DNA of 64,000 nt from contig JAXHVN010000024.1 of assembly GCA_034189165.1 (NCBI GenBank), forward strand, positions 19,818-83,817. Direction: 5' to 3'. The notes under the pieces are model-generated. The model was not told where the DNA came from and did not search any database. It was given only the letters and a program-made list of their open reading frames with translations. Positions 62,488 through 64,000 of this stretch are shown piece by piece. The position numbers and the translations under genes were made by a program. This DNA comes from Pseudomonadota bacterium (GTDB lineage: Bacteria > Pseudomonadota > Gammaproteobacteria > UBA5335). Position 1 is the first letter of the stretch; each line of letters starts with the position of its first letter.

Positions 62488-63276
62488 TCAGAGCATGACC
62501 TCCCCGCGCAGATAGGGCACGCAATGCCCGGCGATGCGCACGCGGCCCTCGACCAGCCGGCAGGCGAACCAGCCGCCACGGGCGGACAGCTGGCGCGCGC
62601 TGAAGGCGGTACCTCCAAGCTGTTCCTGCCAGTAGGGCGCCAGCATGCAGTGCGAGGAGCCGGTGGCAGGATCTTCCGGCACGCCGAACTGCGGAGCGAA
62701 ATACCGGGCGACGTAGTCCGCCGTCTCCCCCGGTGCCGTGGCGATCACGCCGAACGCGCCCAGCCGGGCCAGCATCGTCATATCCGGGGCGAGTGCCCGT
62801 ACGGCCGCCTCGTCTGCCAGGCGCACCAGATAGTTCGCCGCCCGTCGCACGTCCAGCAGGGGGGTGCCGAGGGCCCTCGTCAGCTCCGCCGGTGCGTGGC
62901 AGGGCCTCGGCACCTGACAGGGAAAGTCCAGTTCCAGCCGGCCGTCCGGCAGGGCCGCCACGGCCAGTTCGCCGCTGCGGGTCTGGAAGCGGATCGGCGA
63001 GACGGCACCGGTCTGCGCGAAGAGCACGGCGGCGGTGGCCAGCGTGGCGTGGCCGCAGAGCTCGACCTCGCAGCTCGGCGTGAACCAGCGCAGTTCGCGG
63101 CGGCCGGGACGCTCGACCAGAAACGCCGTCTCGGCAAGATTGTTCTCGGCGGCGATTGCTTGTAGCACCGTATCGGCCAGCCATTCCGGCAGGCGCACGA
63201 CCGCCGCGGGGTTGCCGCTGAACGGGCCGTCGCCGAAGGCTGCGAGCTGGTCGATCGGGTAGCGCCCGGGAGCCAT
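62488..63276 (-). CDS. PhzF family isomerase-like protein
   Basis: 262 aa. FSGNPAAVV...AETAFL...[15 protein letters not shown]...TGSSHC is the PhzF-fold pattern. I chose the internal ATG at 63276 of ORF 62488..63858. Confidence 0.8.
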   Translation of the reverse strand: MAPGRYPIDQLAAFGDGPFSGNPAAVVRLPEWLADTVLQAIAAENNLAETAFLVERPGRRELRWFTPSCEVELCGHATLATAAVLFAQTGAVSPIRFQTRSGELAVAALPDGRLELDFPCQVPRPCHAPAELTRALGTPLLDVRRAANYLVRLADEAAVRALAPDMTMLARLGAFGVIATAPGETADYVARYFAPQFGVPEDPATGSSHCMLAPYWQEQLGGTAFSARQLSARGGWFACRLVEGRVRIAGHCVPYLRGEVML

Positions 63277-63339
63277 GGGAATCTCGATTCGGTCACGCGG
63301 CACTGGGCGATCGCATCGACGCGCCAGTACCATGGCGCC

Positions 63340-64000
63340 ATGCTCGCACATCCGCGTATCGATCCCGTAGCACTTCAGCTCGGCCCGCTCGCCATCCACT
63401 GGTATGGCCTGCTGTATCTGGTGGCCTTCGCCGCCTGCTGGTGGCTCGGCCGGCGCCGCGCGACGGCGCCGCATTCGGCACTGACGCCGGCGCAGGTGGA
63501 CGATCTGATCTTCTACATCGCGATCGGCGTGGTGGCCGGCGGGCGGCTGGGCTACATGCTGTTCTATGGCTGGACGCAGTGGCTGTCCGACCCGCTGACG
63601 GTGCTGCGCGTGTGGGAGGGAGGGATGTCCTTCCACGGCGGCCTGCTCGGCGTCATCCTGGCCATGGTGCTCTACAGTCGGCGCCAGCAGGTCGACCTGC
63701 TGCGCCTGGCCGATGCCGTCGCACCGGTGGTGCCGGTCGGCCTGCTCTGTGGCCGGCTGGGCAACTTCATCAACGGCGAACTCTGGGGGCGTCCGACCGA
63801 GCTGCCTTGGGGCATGGTCTTTCCCGCCGCCGGGCCACTGCCACGCCATCCGACCCAACTCTACGAGGCGCTGCTGGAGGGTGTGGTGCTGTTCGCCATC
63901 CTCTGGATCTACTCCGCACGACCCCGCCCGCGGGGCGCCGTGGCCGGCGCCTTCCTGCTGCTCTACGGCCTGTTCCGGGTGGCGGTGGAGCTGGTGCGCG
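63340..64000 (+). CDS. lgt: Prolipoprotein diacylglyceryl transferase (3' end outside window)
   Basis: My translation from the ATG at 63340 reads [27 protein letters not shown]...[11 protein letters not shown]...[16 protein letters not shown]...RHPTQLYEA. The frame is open to the window end and is not in the supplied ORF track. Confidence 0.85.
   Translation, partial: MLAHPRIDPVALQLGPLAIHWYGLLYLVAFAACWWLGRRRATAPHSALTPAQVDDLIFYIAIGVVAGGRLGYMLFYGWTQWLSDPLTVLRVWEGGMSFHGGLLGVILAMVLYSRRQQVDLLRLADAVAPVVPVGLLCGRLGNFINGELWGRPTELPWGMVFPAAGPLPRHPTQLYEALLEGVVLFAILWIYSARPRPRGAVAGAFLLLYGLFRVAVELVR

Overview
This is a very GC-rich chromosomal segment, probably gammaproteobacterial. I base that on hisBHAF-hisI-hisE-tatABC synteny, split nrdJ, DegQ and Csr/Gac-type signals. 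It is densely packed with about 60 protein genes on both strands. I saw no rRNA, tRNA, CRISPR array, transposase or integrase.

Housekeeping blocks:
- dtd-hisB-hisH-hisA-hisF-hisI-hisE-tatA-tatB-tatC
- cobB, nadE, split nrdJa/nrdJb, degQ, pfk, msrPQ, ppnN, and lgt (3' end outside the window)

Accessory content:
- A complete copper membrane monooxygenase operon (pmoC-pmoA-pmoB type, 28223->25200, minus strand). It is followed by a MAPEG membrane protein and an SDR, and faces a divergently transcribed flavodoxin-like reductase.
- A second, diverged orphan pmoC copy about 15 kb away, with a related promoter block.
- A czcC-czcB-DUF3147-czcA heavy-metal efflux operon and an acrAB-like multidrug RND pair.
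- cstA followed by a small protein ending in CC and a translationally coupled ArsA-like ATPase.
- Two adjacent acyl-CoA dehydrogenases and a tandem hotdog thioesterase.
- An SDH-family Clp-fold protease paired with an unknown protein.
- A PAS-GGDEF-EAL protein, and a GluR0-type channel fragment at the 5' edge.

The most interesting non-coding signal is a roughly 320-nt ORF-less plus-strand unit at about 62147..62466. It carries 17 GGA motifs, a GacA/UvrY-like upstream box and a clean intrinsic terminator, so I call it a candidate CsrB/Rsm-class sRNA.

Other regulatory candidates:
- Two NrdR-like boxes in an AT-rich island upstream of nrdJ.
- A Fur-like box overlapping a promoter upstream of the DUF2061 gene and nadE.
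- A dyad upstream of acrA.
- Several strong hairpin terminators.

All calls come from reading the translated ORFs and the DNA by eye. No searches were run, and start codons are the least certain part of the coordinates.
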